Shown: positions 12,201 through 22,638 of the stretch, piece after piece
Numbering within the stretch: the stretch's first letter is position 1
Layout: each line of letters opens with the position of its first letter
NCBI GenBank assembly: GCA_002633005.1
Contig: NMRA01000236.1
Span: 155,263 to 219,262 of the forward strand
Length of the DNA: 64,000 nt
Direction of reading: 5' to 3'
Source of the DNA: Phoronis australis
Lineage: Eukaryota; Animalia; Phoronida
Translations under genes and position numbers: made by a program
The notes under the pieces: generated by a model
The model's database searches: none
What the model saw: the letters and a program-made list of their open reading frames with translations, nothing else
What the model was told of the DNA's origin: nothing

Positions 12201-15200
12201 TTCGCCAATGTTGACTATGGATCAGGTGTTTGTTTGTCTCTTTGTCAAGAATGTTGTTATTTTCCAATGCCCACTTTCTTCAGTAACAAAGCAATCCTAA
12301 AAATATGTTCCAATATCTCGTGTTTACGGTAACACACACTGCATGTTTCAGGATCACTAATTTTTACTTTCTCAAAAAGTGAATTTATTTATAAACAACT
12401 ATGGAAAATCCTATACTGATCTAACATTTCAAACATACACAATGGATATTTGCTCAGTTTCATCTATCAGAAAATGGCTTTATCTGCAAATTTAAGATAG
12501 GTAGTTGGAATAACTAGTTTATCACATTTTTTGTAAACATCAGAGTGCATCCGGAATACTTACTTAAACAGGCCTGGAACGCTATAAAAACTATTAAATC
12601 ACAATATTGATAGTGGTTCTCTGCCACTGAAACATAATTCAACCTGCTCACCAGGTGTTTTAAGGGTTTCTTCTTAAAATGCTTTAATTTCTGTTCATAT
12701 CGAAGCATTTTCTTTTACTTTCAAATTTCAAAAACATATATTTCTCTCCGAAGGGAAAGCAAGTCTCCTTATTTGGTATGGCAAGATAGACATAGCCCAT
12801 TTCCCTTATTTGGAAAATGTGACCTTTGGCCTCAGACGACTTCAAGCAACTGACTGTGAGCTCATGTGCGTATTTATCATAAGTGGAAGGGAGATCAGAA
12901 ATTCTGTGGTAACCACAGAGTTCTTCCTTCGCGGGTATTTCGAAAATCGTGAAATTTGTGATTATTTTCTGGAAAATGGGGGACAGTAAATTACTGTGTA
13001 CTAGACGTTGCGAGATGGTAGTTTCGTCACGAATTGTTTAAAAAATGTTTTTGACGAGCTTTTGCGTTCCATGCTATCAAAGGCCCAATCAATTTATAAA
13101 GATGTATAACTTTGGATAAATGCCTGACTAAATTATGTGTTCGTACAAACAACAAAACAGGAACACCCAACCCACCACGGGGCTTATAAGTCACTTTAGA
13201 TACATAAAAAACAGAAAAGAAAGTGTTCTTGTTTGAGCAAGAATTGACCTACTAGGCCGAGTTAAGTCTAACTGCAGATATGGTTCAACTTTGAAACATT
13301 CTTCATCAAAATAGGTTCTTAACTTTGGTTTCGAACAGCATTCAAACAGCCACCTATTACAAGCCAAATCATGCAAAATATTTTTACAATGAGAGAGATT
13401 GAAAATAAATTATGAAAACAATCTGTCATGCCTAATTCTTAAAAAAATGTTCAAAACTTCAAAAGACCAATTATTTGTACAGGTTGTGTAGTCCCAGCGA
13501 AATATTCGATACGTTAGTCTATCTTCCTCGAACTTAATAATATGATTTCACAATCTTAAAAGCTCAAATTTTCGCCTAATACTGGGAAATTCCCACCCCA
13601 TGTCATCCATGATTAGAAGCAGCGCGAGATCAAAGTTGGAATTCCAGGGACCCGTTCCAAGAAACTGACTTAAGTTCATTTTTGACTTAAGTCTAAGATT
13701 TGTCTTAACTTCCAAACTTTTGAAACTTCCATATCCGGTAAGATTGTCAAAATTAAGACAAAACTCGTATAAAAAATAAACAAACATAAGATCCCTTTCC
13801 TGAAACGGTCTTGAGATACGTATGAAACTAATATTAAAGAGGCATGGAACGCGAAACAATGCCTAACGAAAGTACCATCTCGCAACGTCTAGTAAAGAGG
13901 AATTCATTTTCCCCTGTGAGGACATTTCCCGAAAAAGTCACAAAATTCACGATTTTTTGAAATACGCAAGAAGGAAAACCTGTGTGTGCACAAAGTTTCA
14001 AATCTCCCTCTCACTTATGATAAATGCGCGCCTGCACTTAAAGGTCACATTTTTAATATAAGGGAAATATGCGACGTCTATGTCTTGCCATACCAAATAA
14101 GTAGACATGGTTTGCCTCGTGGGTAGGCCAGGCTTGGGGCATTTTTTAGTTAGGCATTGTATGTAGGACAAGTGAACGTGGCTTCTTTGTACTTGTGAAC
14201 GTGCTGAGAACAAAAAGGCCACTTGCTCGGCTTTAGCTGCACTCTTCGTCAAGATGGTGTCCCCCTGTTTAGTCGGTGGGCCAGATCTCGTAGCGTTCAT
14301 CCTTGTGAGTACTTTCGGGGGGCAACCTAGTTTTTTCTATGTGGCTAGATAATATACCTATAAATCAAATTCCAAAAAGTTCCCACGTCTACACTTGCAC
14401 ATTTTTTTTAAAAAAGGTGTTTTTGTTGCACAAAATATGATGCACATTCCTGCCACTTGATGGCGCTTTTCTATTGAATTGACCAATCAGAGAGCCAGAT
14501 TGTATTGTTGTGCTTAGTTACTTCAATATGGCTGCTCCCATGGAGTGTGATGCCTGTATAATTCAAGGTTTATCAAACAGCACAAAATTGTGATGTCAGA
14601 GCCTAAAGAAGCTTAGGAAAGCTTCCTGACGAAATCTGATTGACTGTGGAACTCTGTAGATCAGTAGATCAAAAAGCAGAAGAGGTGTCACAAACGTTTG
14701 TGCAGAAAACAGCTGCATGTCCTGGTAGCCTACACAGTATACTGCTGAGTGCTGTAGACTAGAAGACCAAGTGTTAGACCAGAAAATTGAAAGGACATAG
14801 AACGGCATAGCAACGTTTCAAGGCACCAACAGTAGTACTAAAGCTGAAGTTGCTGAAAGTGATACAGATGTTATCCAAGATTTCCCAAGAAAATCAATTA
14901 TACTTCCAAAATCTGAAACACCCAATTAACCTGAACAAGATAGGAACATTCTGAAACATGAGTGCATCATTTGTTAGCAGGAAAAGTACATTATGGGCCA
15001 CATTTCAAGAAAGAGAAAGAAGTATAGCTTTCAAAAACAGGTACGTGTTTTTGAAAAATACATATTGGTGTTTTCCATGTGTGTTTCAGTATTATCACCA
15101 GTTGTTTTTTAACTTGTTCAGCCCCTTGGCTGCCTAGGCCTTAGACAATACTGCTGACCAAGTAGAGTCGATGATCATACCATAGGTACTCCATATGCCT

Positions 15201-18200
15201 GATACTTTTCGACAAATTATGTTCCTATAAGTTTAGAAATACCGCGTAGAGAGATGCCTCTGAGGAGGTCGTTAATGTTTTCATTTGTTCCCAGTTTAAA
15301 CAAATACTCCTGCAATCCTGTTTTTCGAACACTCCATTCAGTTGCCACATCTACACTGCTTGCGCTAAGGAATAATCCTATGGCGTTATATACTGTGGGT
15401 GTGATTTTAAAGCACTTTAAGTCAAAAATTTTTGAGAAGGTTAAATGGAGTAGATGGTTGCAAACAACATGCCCAAGTGGCCGTCATCCCCTGCCGTAGT
15501 CTCAATTTTTTGTAAACATTAATTACTTAGGTAGGTGCAATGATAATTAAATTAAAGTGCCTAAGTGGCCATCGTCGCCGTCGAAATTTGAGGACGATGG
15601 AAGCCACTGTCCATTTCGTCAAACGTCGATTACCTTAAAGTGTAAATCGATTGACTATGGTTTGAGCATCTGATTTAAAAAAATTAAATTTCAATCACTG
15701 CACTGGTATATCAGCTGATTTATTTTCAGTTGCGTCAACTGATCTAATTATTAGACGATCAACATTATTAGGCTACAGATCAGACGGCATGTAAATTTGT
15801 TAGGCTGGTGGTGGATCAGTGCCTGATAAGTCCGTCTGAAAAAGTTGCATGCCAACTCACTCATAGTTGAATGTTAAGTTAGTGTTAACAGTTCGTGTTT
15901 TTTTTCAGTTGGACTTGTATCGCAAGCAACAGCTCAGTCCAGAGCCCTGAATATGCAAATGAAATTCAAAGATAAAGACCTTGTGTCTTAGAAGCCAAGT
16001 ACCACAGATCATCATGCTATAAAAAATAGAAAGACAACGATTGTGAAGAGTGACGAATTCACAGTTTTCAGAGATGTTTTTCTACAGTTTTGTTTGGAGT
16101 TCATTGAATCGAAGCTTCTAACACAAGGAGATGTCATTTGCCTTTCAAAACTAAAGCAAGACTTTGAAGCTGTTCTTCAGAAAGCTGGTGTGCATGAAGT
16201 TATTTGGACAGGCAATCTTAAGAAATATTGTTGAAGCTACTCACTGTTGTAGTTTGTGCCCGACTAAGAGATACGAAAGTGAATTGAGGCTAGTGTTCAA
16301 TAATTCACTTGCTGACTCTAATTAACACAGCCCATTATAACATATTTTGAATCAAACGTTTGCCCAAATAGTGCCCGCCTCCAAACAAGGACTTAGTGTT
16401 TGACCCTTCATTGCCTGCGGGCTAATCACCAGTGTGCAGTGCTGTACTCTCTCCAATCGACCATAGTTGGCTCCTTGGCGGTGGAGCTTTGCAGTTAATA
16501 TGTATGGCAATGACCGCATCTCCATTGACAGTACTAAACGATGAACGCTGCAAGTGCAAAAAGAACATGTGTGCTGGGAAACTGAGTTTGTGCTGCAATG
16601 CTGGGTCAAACTGTACAGAAATGTGCAGCTGTGACAACTGTAGTAACATCAGCAACACTGACTGCATAACATTGGATAGTTCTTTGACAAGTCAACCCTA
16701 AATAGACCTCCAACCCCGTTATTTCCTTTTTTGTATTAAAAAGTTAATTTTATTTGTTGATTAAGTCATAGAAAGTACATACTTTGATCATTGTCATGTA
16801 TTTGTCTCATACTGCTTGATAAACGCTGTCAGAATAATCTATTATTTTCATACAGTCTTTGTGCACATTCACAGAGATCATTCAACTATATTGTTTTTGT
16901 ACTATAACGTATTTCTGGTGTATTATGCAAACAAGCTGTATTTTACACCATTAGTCAATGTTTTAGTCATTGAGGCACAAATTTTGCCCAGTCTCAAGTG
17001 TTTTGTGTTATTTTTGTTGCCTGACAATGCCAGAATAACTTCCTAGTAACATTCAGACTTAGTTTGCATTTTTGCCACTAGGTGTCTCTTTACGTTTTTT
17101 AAATTTCACTGTTTACAATTAATTTACAATAGTAAAACATGTAATGTGAGTGTAATATTGTTCAATACAATGGCACTGATGGGACCATATTACTTGTTTT
17201 ACAAAAAAGTCACCAAAACTGTTGTTTTTACAAATATAAGTTTACTAAGCTCTTTGGTGATTATTAGGTAACTTCAAACTCAAATTTCTCAAAAATGTGC
17301 AACTTTATATGTGGGAACTTTTTAGATTTTGAAAACACTCTAATAAATGAATTAAAAAACACCAAAATAAAATTGCCCCCCTAAAGTACTCACAAAAACC
17401 ATTTTCTAGAGGCCCTACAAAATCTGGCCCACCGACTATGTTGCAATTGTGCATTGCTGTGTAGAAACTGAGAAATTGGCCGCGATTTCAGGTTTGCCAG
17501 ATTTGCAAAAAATATAACTAGTTGGTGGACAGTACTTTTGGACCACATTTTAGGAATTGGTAGGAAATTCGCTTTCGGAATCTAATGTTGGCTTTAGTCG
17601 AGCATCGTTAGAGAAGTGGTGGTTTTGGGGTGAAAAGTGACGATTTTGCATTTTTGCCCCTATTTTTCTTAGTCTAGCTTGGTTTTCGGTGGGAGTGAAA
17701 GGGTCAGAAATACAAGTGTGTATAAAGTTTCTGTGCTCATCTGTAGGGCTTGTGATGTGAAACGACTCAAAACTTTTCTTTATTGGCATGCAGTGAAGAA
17801 AGGGTGAAGAGTCCATTGACGTGCGTTCTGATAGGCAAACCCCTCCAAGAACTGTTCTGTGCCTCCATATAGTGACGACACAACAGCCGACCATGATTAG
17901 CAGACGACATACTTGCCGGAAATAAAACCAGACAATTTGGTCAGGTGTCGCCAGTGAATAATGACGTCATTGCTTCTGTAAGAACACGGATTTCGTCTAT
18001 TGAGAGTATACGGAGTTGGCGGTCCATGTACTATATAGTTTACGATCAAATGCAGCCATCTCTAACAAAAAGCAATCTAAGAATGATTAAAAAAAATGTA
18101 ACACGAACATTTGATTTTAGCTTTGACCAATGAGAGAAACGAAATGGCAGCTTCATGCTTTGGTTTCGGTTATTAAGATATTGTTGATAATACTGTTTGT

Positions 18201-19495
18201 CGCATGTCAAAAGCGAGACGATGACTCTTAACAATTTGCGTAAAGGCAATGCAAATGATTGCACCGACGGCAGCTTCTTCAGGCACACTACCGAGCAAAT
18301 TATGCTTTACCTTTATCATTTGCCCAATACGCGTCATGAATAATACAAAATGTAAAATGTGTCCCTGATATGCATACTTAAACATGTGTTGGTGCGGCAA
18401 AGCAACAGTGTAACAATCTTTATCATTGCCAAGGTAATGTATTAGTAGGGCAATTTCATTGATACATTCACGACATGGAACAATGGCAATACATTAAATA
18501 GTAAGTGTTCTGGTAACCCTGACGGATTTCTATTCGCTAGTCTTGTAGTATCATCATTATACGGGTTTCTACCATGTTAAAGTAATTGAATATGTCTTTC
18601 GAAAATAATTCCATCGCGATGATTGCGTTAACCTCGGCCTTCGTATAGACCCTGGCTTCAAGACAGGCTGAAGTGAAGAGTACTTTGCGGTTGCCAGGTC
18701 ACCTTGACCTATTCTTGCCAAACCCTTATGGATACCGGTGAACATTGGGTACAAATAATTCATTTTCAGTTGTATGACATGTTTTCACTGAATAATAATT
18801 ACCGCCATTCTATCAAAATTGCAGACAGACATAACGGCAATGCATACACAAACATGTGGACGCAAAAATAGTTTATAAAGATATTCGACAGAACCCGACG
18901 CATGTCCTTCAAATCGTCGGTCACGTGTACATTCTTACCCGAGAACATGGAAGCTATGGCGGCGATGAGGATGCACAACAAGGTAGATGGGCCAGCAATA
19001 TCTCTCGCCACTTGACCAATGATGACGTAGATCCCAGAACCCAATGTATTCCCGACACCTATGACGAAAAAATACGTTCGATGAAGTGAACACCTTGAGT
19101 TAAGAGAATAGACATCCGATTTTTGCTGCGTGATAACAGCCAAATGCGACATAAAAAATTGGAAGGAACAATAATGTAATGCGACTGCTATGAAGGAAAT
19201 AAAATCTTTGTTAACTCCTTTCAGTTATCATCCTCCCGGAGATTAGATATTTTATTTTTTGCACATGTTTATGCAACTTTGCATTGTACTGTTTTCTTAA
19301 TCATATTTTGCAGGACCCGTCAGACATAAATAAGTTACTTTAAGCACTCACATCTGTGGATTTCAATTTACCTAACGCCGTGAGATCCATAACGTTAAGG
19401 CATCTTTTGAGCCCTCCCTCATGAAGCGTGTCGGTGTTCACCGTCTTGGTTCTGGTGACCGCAGCATACAGGGATAATAACCGGCGCTTCATCAT
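2190..19495 (-). CDS. SLC7A-like: Cationic amino acid transporter, SLC7A/CAT subfamily (APC superfamily); 7 coding exons, 2031 nt including stop, 676 aa
   Basis: Exons 19495-19372, 19058-18939, 9648-9453, 8210-8096, 6400-6263, 3937-3664 and 3253-2190 join through GT-AG introns with matching phases (1,1,2,0,0,1). CAT hallmark motifs: [25 protein letters not shown]...AGP, [82 protein letters not shown]...TWIRFAVWM. The exact orthologue cannot be assigned by eye. Confidence 0.93.
3664..3937 (-). CDS. CAT transporter coding exon 6 ([28 protein letters not shown]...GGLC)
   Basis: Acceptor tgcag|, donor G|GTATGT; signature GAATCFY-FVGFD motif. Confidence 0.93.
4190..4345. mobile_element. Tandem dimer of a ~75-80-bp mini-MITE (CATGGGCGGCGCA TIR), TSD CGTCT
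   Basis: Two units each ending TGCGCCGCCCATG; CGTCT on both flanks and GTCT between the units; same family as 59019-59092. Confidence 0.75.
4690..4950. mobile_element. Degenerate MITE-like inverted-repeat element
   Basis: GGTTGTGAC...GTCACGACC ends plus internal inverted TTCCGATAAAGC / GCTTTATCGGAA. Confidence 0.5.
5572..5720 (+). mobile_element. tRNA-derived SINE-like sequence
   Basis: A box TGGCCAAGTGG and B box GGTTCGAGCCC at tRNA-like spacing; anticodon arm does not fold. Confidence 0.6.
6263..6400 (-). CDS. CAT transporter coding exon 5 (MSTVVNASLTVLN...NWTDPPGFFPMGVKG)
   Basis: Acceptor tttcag|, donor GGG|GTAACT; phase 0 at both ends. Confidence 0.9.
6511..7545. repeat. Minisatellite, 23 x 45 bp (GTCTTGGGTAGATCTATCTAACCATTGCTGCTACCGGTAGTAACT), in CAT intron 4
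   Basis: Exact 45-bp period; homogeneous centre with variants concentrated at the edges; no spacers. Confidence 0.97.
7891..8100. repeat. 27-bp tandem repeat (8 copies) derived from the CAT exon 4 / intron 4 junction
   Basis: GTGTCACATACC units at 7901, 7928, 7955, 7982 (truncated), 8004, 8031, 8058 and 8085; the last contains the real donor. Confidence 0.9.
8096..8210 (-). CDS. CAT transporter coding exon 4 (SIIENVGEMHGPGMSEYPDFVALALTVGMTLILAVGVK)
   Basis: Acceptor ccccag|, donor AAG|GTATGT; YPDF...GVK motif typical of CATs. Confidence 0.9.
9453..9648 (-). CDS. CAT transporter coding exon 3 ([18 protein letters not shown]...FNGTIS)
   Basis: Acceptor ttttag|, donor AC|GTATGT; strongly conserved CAT motif. 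Confidence 0.93.
9876..10392. mobile_element. Tc1/mariner-like MITE with ~90-bp TIRs containing 21-bp subrepeats
   Basis: CAAGGGGAATCAACAATTGGTT... versus ...AACCAATTGTTGATTCCCCCTTG, with TA at the right flank. Confidence 0.7.
10707..10968. mobile_element. MITE with CATG termini and near-perfect 5-bp TSD
   Basis: CATGCGCGCATCCG ... CTGGGTGCGGGCATG imperfect TIR; flanks TTTTC / CTTTC. Confidence 0.55.
12568..13077. mobile_element. TTAA-flanked MITE (AGGCCTGGAACGC termini, Kolobok-like); a second partial copy is inverted at 13838-14115
   Basis: About 300 bp of 12760-13075 is the reverse complement of 13838-14115; the same terminus recurs near 46515-46540. Confidence 0.6.
13190..13670 (-). mobile_element. 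Decayed non-LTR retrotransposon ORF2 3' fragment
   Basis: FLG...DMGWEFPSIRRKFELLRL and KPKLRTYF...KVEPYLQLDLTRPSRSILAQTR, typical LINE C-terminal motifs. Confidence 0.65.
14270..17438 (+). mobile_element. Internally deleted Academ (AcademX-type) DNA transposon in CAT intron 2
   Basis: TIR TAGTCGGTGGGCCAGAT / ATCTGGCCCACCGACTA; 4-bp TSD TGTT (14266-69, 17439-42); transposase relics KDLV-LEAKYHRS and C-terminal Cys-rich finger CKCKKNMC...CTEMCSCDNCSN (16432-16701). Confidence 0.8.
18939..19058 (-). CDS. CAT transporter coding exon 2 ([40 protein letters not shown])
   Basis: Acceptor catag|, donor G|GTAAG; conserved TM1 GSG motif. Confidence 0.92.
19372..19495 (-). CDS. CAT transporter coding exon 1 ([41 protein letters not shown])
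   Basis: ATG at 19495; donor TTAG|GTAAAT at 19371. An upstream acceptor ttttag| at 19530 implies a non-coding 5' exon. Not in the ORF track. Confidence 0.85.
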
Positions 19496-20724
19496 CCTAG
19501 CTTGCTGGGTAGCTTTGTTGAAATTGTACCTAAAATTGAAAAATGGACAATCGCTGTTTTATGATTTATCAAATATTGAGAAATTTCTTGGTTCATCGAT
19601 GTAACACGTTTAACAGGAACTGTGTAGAGCTCGCGACGACAAAATTTAATTCCATCGAAGACACGATTGTCCCTAATACCGGTATTCGACTTCGTTTTTG
19701 GCAGTGTGTGCCGCTATGAAATTAAGATACCCAACCTTGTTTGCATGATTACAATTAACCCATTTCCGGATATTGTTAATTACATCATTTTTTGGCCAAA
19801 GTAATATTAAAAAACGGACAATCGCCGCACAAATAAAAAAATTATGTTCATTCAACGTTTCGTCTATTCATTAGACATCATCAGGATATATACAATAAGA
19901 CAGCAAGTGTCGACATGCCAGTCAGATTACACCCGAACAAAAGGAAGTGCAAATGATCTACATGTTTAATAAACGAGCACAACTTTAAGACCAACTCATT
20001 TTTCAGAGCTTTAATACGAACCCTAAAAACAAATCTGCACACTCATAAATCAGCCAGTGTGACATTCAAATAACTGGCTTTTACTGGTCAAACGTCGGCT
20101 AATAGTAAGGGTCGGAAAAAATAGTGTCCTGAATGACGCTCTCTATCGTCGAATCGTTAAATCAACATGTTGACTATGTTGGTGTAGATAACCGTGTGAA
20201 CATTACAAGTGTAAACAGTAATGTTCAAACCGCTAGGGCGATTGGTTGATAATGAGTCATCTTATGTAAGAAATATGTGTCACGACTGTTCTAAATGAAG
20301 TTTAATCTATTCTTGTAAATTATGCAGGTATCTCACGATTCCAATTAATGTTACTAGTTTATATCAATATCAAATATGAATATAATTCACGTAGTGTAGC
20401 GCAACACACAACTAAAACTTCGAATTGATACGCGCCATAACTAGAAAAATAAAATATCATTAATCAGGTGTATCATACCAGGTCGTCTTCCAAGTCTGCC
20501 TTACATATCAATCCTTTCTATCTAAAATGTGTCCGTCCCTCAGAAAGTCTACAGAATGTCGCATACACTCATTTCATACTGTTGAGATGAGAAAAATACG
20601 AATTTGCACACATCATTTAACAAATTCAAGAAAAGACTTTCAGACAACAATGTTTATATTAATGATATCAAGAAGAGTCAGCCAACCAGAGTTTTACAAC
20701 AAGTCATTGAGTAGTCCGCTTATC

Positions 20725-20800
20725 TCAGTGCCAATCAATAATAAGAAGAGTGCAATTGGTCTGACGTCATTTGCCGCGCATCAGGCGTGCGCAGGCCTCA
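20725..20800. promoter_or_regulatory. Putative promoter of the CAT transporter gene: CCAAT boxes, CRE, NRF1-like site
   Basis: CCAAT at 20731, ATTGG at 20755, perfect TGACGTCA at 20762-20769 and GTGCGCAGGC near 20787 cluster about 1.2 kb upstream of the ATG exon; candidate minus-strand donors near 20504 and 20478. Confidence 0.4.
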
Positions 20801-21110
20801 TGGTTGGGCCCATTGCACAAAACACCCGAGTTAAAACACAAGAGCCCCGTTATCCATCAACAGGTTCTTCGTGAAGGAAGAGACGATGGTGCAAAATGAC
20901 ACCTAGACAAGTCGCCCTGGCTACAAAATCAAGACATTTACCATTTATCGCTAAAGGCCGTATTGCTCATTTTTAAATGTTCACCTGAAAGCTTTTAACT
21001 TTAAAGATCCCATGTGAACATTATAACCTTTGTTTTGCTACCACTAATATCTAAGCCAACTGACTTAGCCCATGTGACTGCTGTATTCTGTGCTCTTTGG
21101 GCAAAATAAC

Positions 21111-21742
21111 TAGTCGGTGGGCCAGAATTTGTAGAGCCTCTAGAAAATGGTTTTTGTGGGTACTTTAGGGGGGCAATTTTATTTTGGTGTTTTTTAATTG
21201 AAACGTTCTATGTCCTTTCAGTTTTTTGGTCTGACACTTGGTCTTCTAGTCTACAGCACTCAGCAGCATACTGTGTAGGCTACACCAGGACATGCAGCTG
21301 TTTTCTGCACAAACGTTTGTGACACCTCTTCTTCTTTTTGATCTACTGATCTACAGAGTTCCACAGTCCATCAGCTTTAGTCAAGAAGCTTTTCTAAGCT
21401 TCTTTAGGCTCTGACATCACAATTGTGTGCTGTTTGATAAACCTTGAATTATACAGGCATCACACTCCATGGGAGCAGCCATATTGAAGTAACTAAGCAC
21501 AACAATACAATCTGGCTCTCTGATTGGTCAATTCAATAGAAAAGCGCCATCAAGTGGCAGGAATGTGCATCATATTTTGTGCAACAAAAACACCTTTTTT
21601 AAAAAAAAATGTGCAAGTGTAGACGTGGGAACTTTTTGGAATTTGATTTATAGGTATATTATTTAGCCACATAGAAAAAACTAGGTTGCCCCCCCCCAAA
21701 GTACTCAAAGGACGAACGCTATGAGATCTGGCCCACCGACTA
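21111..21742 (-). mobile_element. 632-bp non-autonomous deletion derivative of the 14270-17438 Academ element
   Basis: Reverse complement of ~90 bp of its right end fused to ~550 bp of its left end; same TIRs; 3-bp TSD AAC. Confidence 0.88.
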
Positions 21743-22638
21743 AACGGCATACTAGATACATTGAGAACAATATCATCTGCATACGCTTGAACGTGCAAGC
21801 TTGGGCCCATATCATGCGATAATTCAATAATACTTTGTAGATGGGTATTTCGGAGGAAAATAACGCACGATGAAAATTAACAATGTCTCTAACACACCAA
21901 AATCCAACATCTAACTACGAAAGAGCAAGAAAACGTCTATGGATATTCAAAATCACATTAAACTGACAAGAGTGTGTTCTATCAAACTGGACTGAGACCC
22001 TGGTTTGGAGAAACTGCACGAGGTCCACTCTACTGAAGTAAAGCATATATTTATTATAATCATCCATACCCAATAATGGTGTAGAGCTGAAAAAATCATG
22101 CACTACACTCCTCCTGGACCCTGTTTGTGTGAAGGTTGAGGCCATGCACCTCTGGCCTACTAATAGAACTTTCCTCTTTCACAGAAACTGAAATTAAGAG
22201 AAAAAGACAAAATAACTGTACGTTCTTTACTATATCAAATCCCGTGACAATTATTAAACTTTTATATTATTTCAAAAAAATAGCTTTGTTCCAGCAGAAA
22301 TTGAGCCACAAAAATCCTCAAAAAACAAAAAATGAGTAAGGTGTTACACTTTTTTATCACTGCACAATATAATATACCACATTATATGCCAATTATGAAA
22401 ATTAAAAAAATTAGTTCTACGTTAAAAAATGTTCGGCTTAACTTGTTATAGCTAATTTTTTAATAATAGTACTAAATTATAATACAGGAAGTAGTTTTTT
22501 GGGAACAAATCGTGTTGTTCTTATTTCAGGAATCTGAACACTTTGCAGAAGTTTGAGAATGTCCACAATTGACTTTTATACCACAAAAGACAATTTTCAA
22601 AGTTATGCCACAAACGTAACAAGCTGTACAACACAAGC

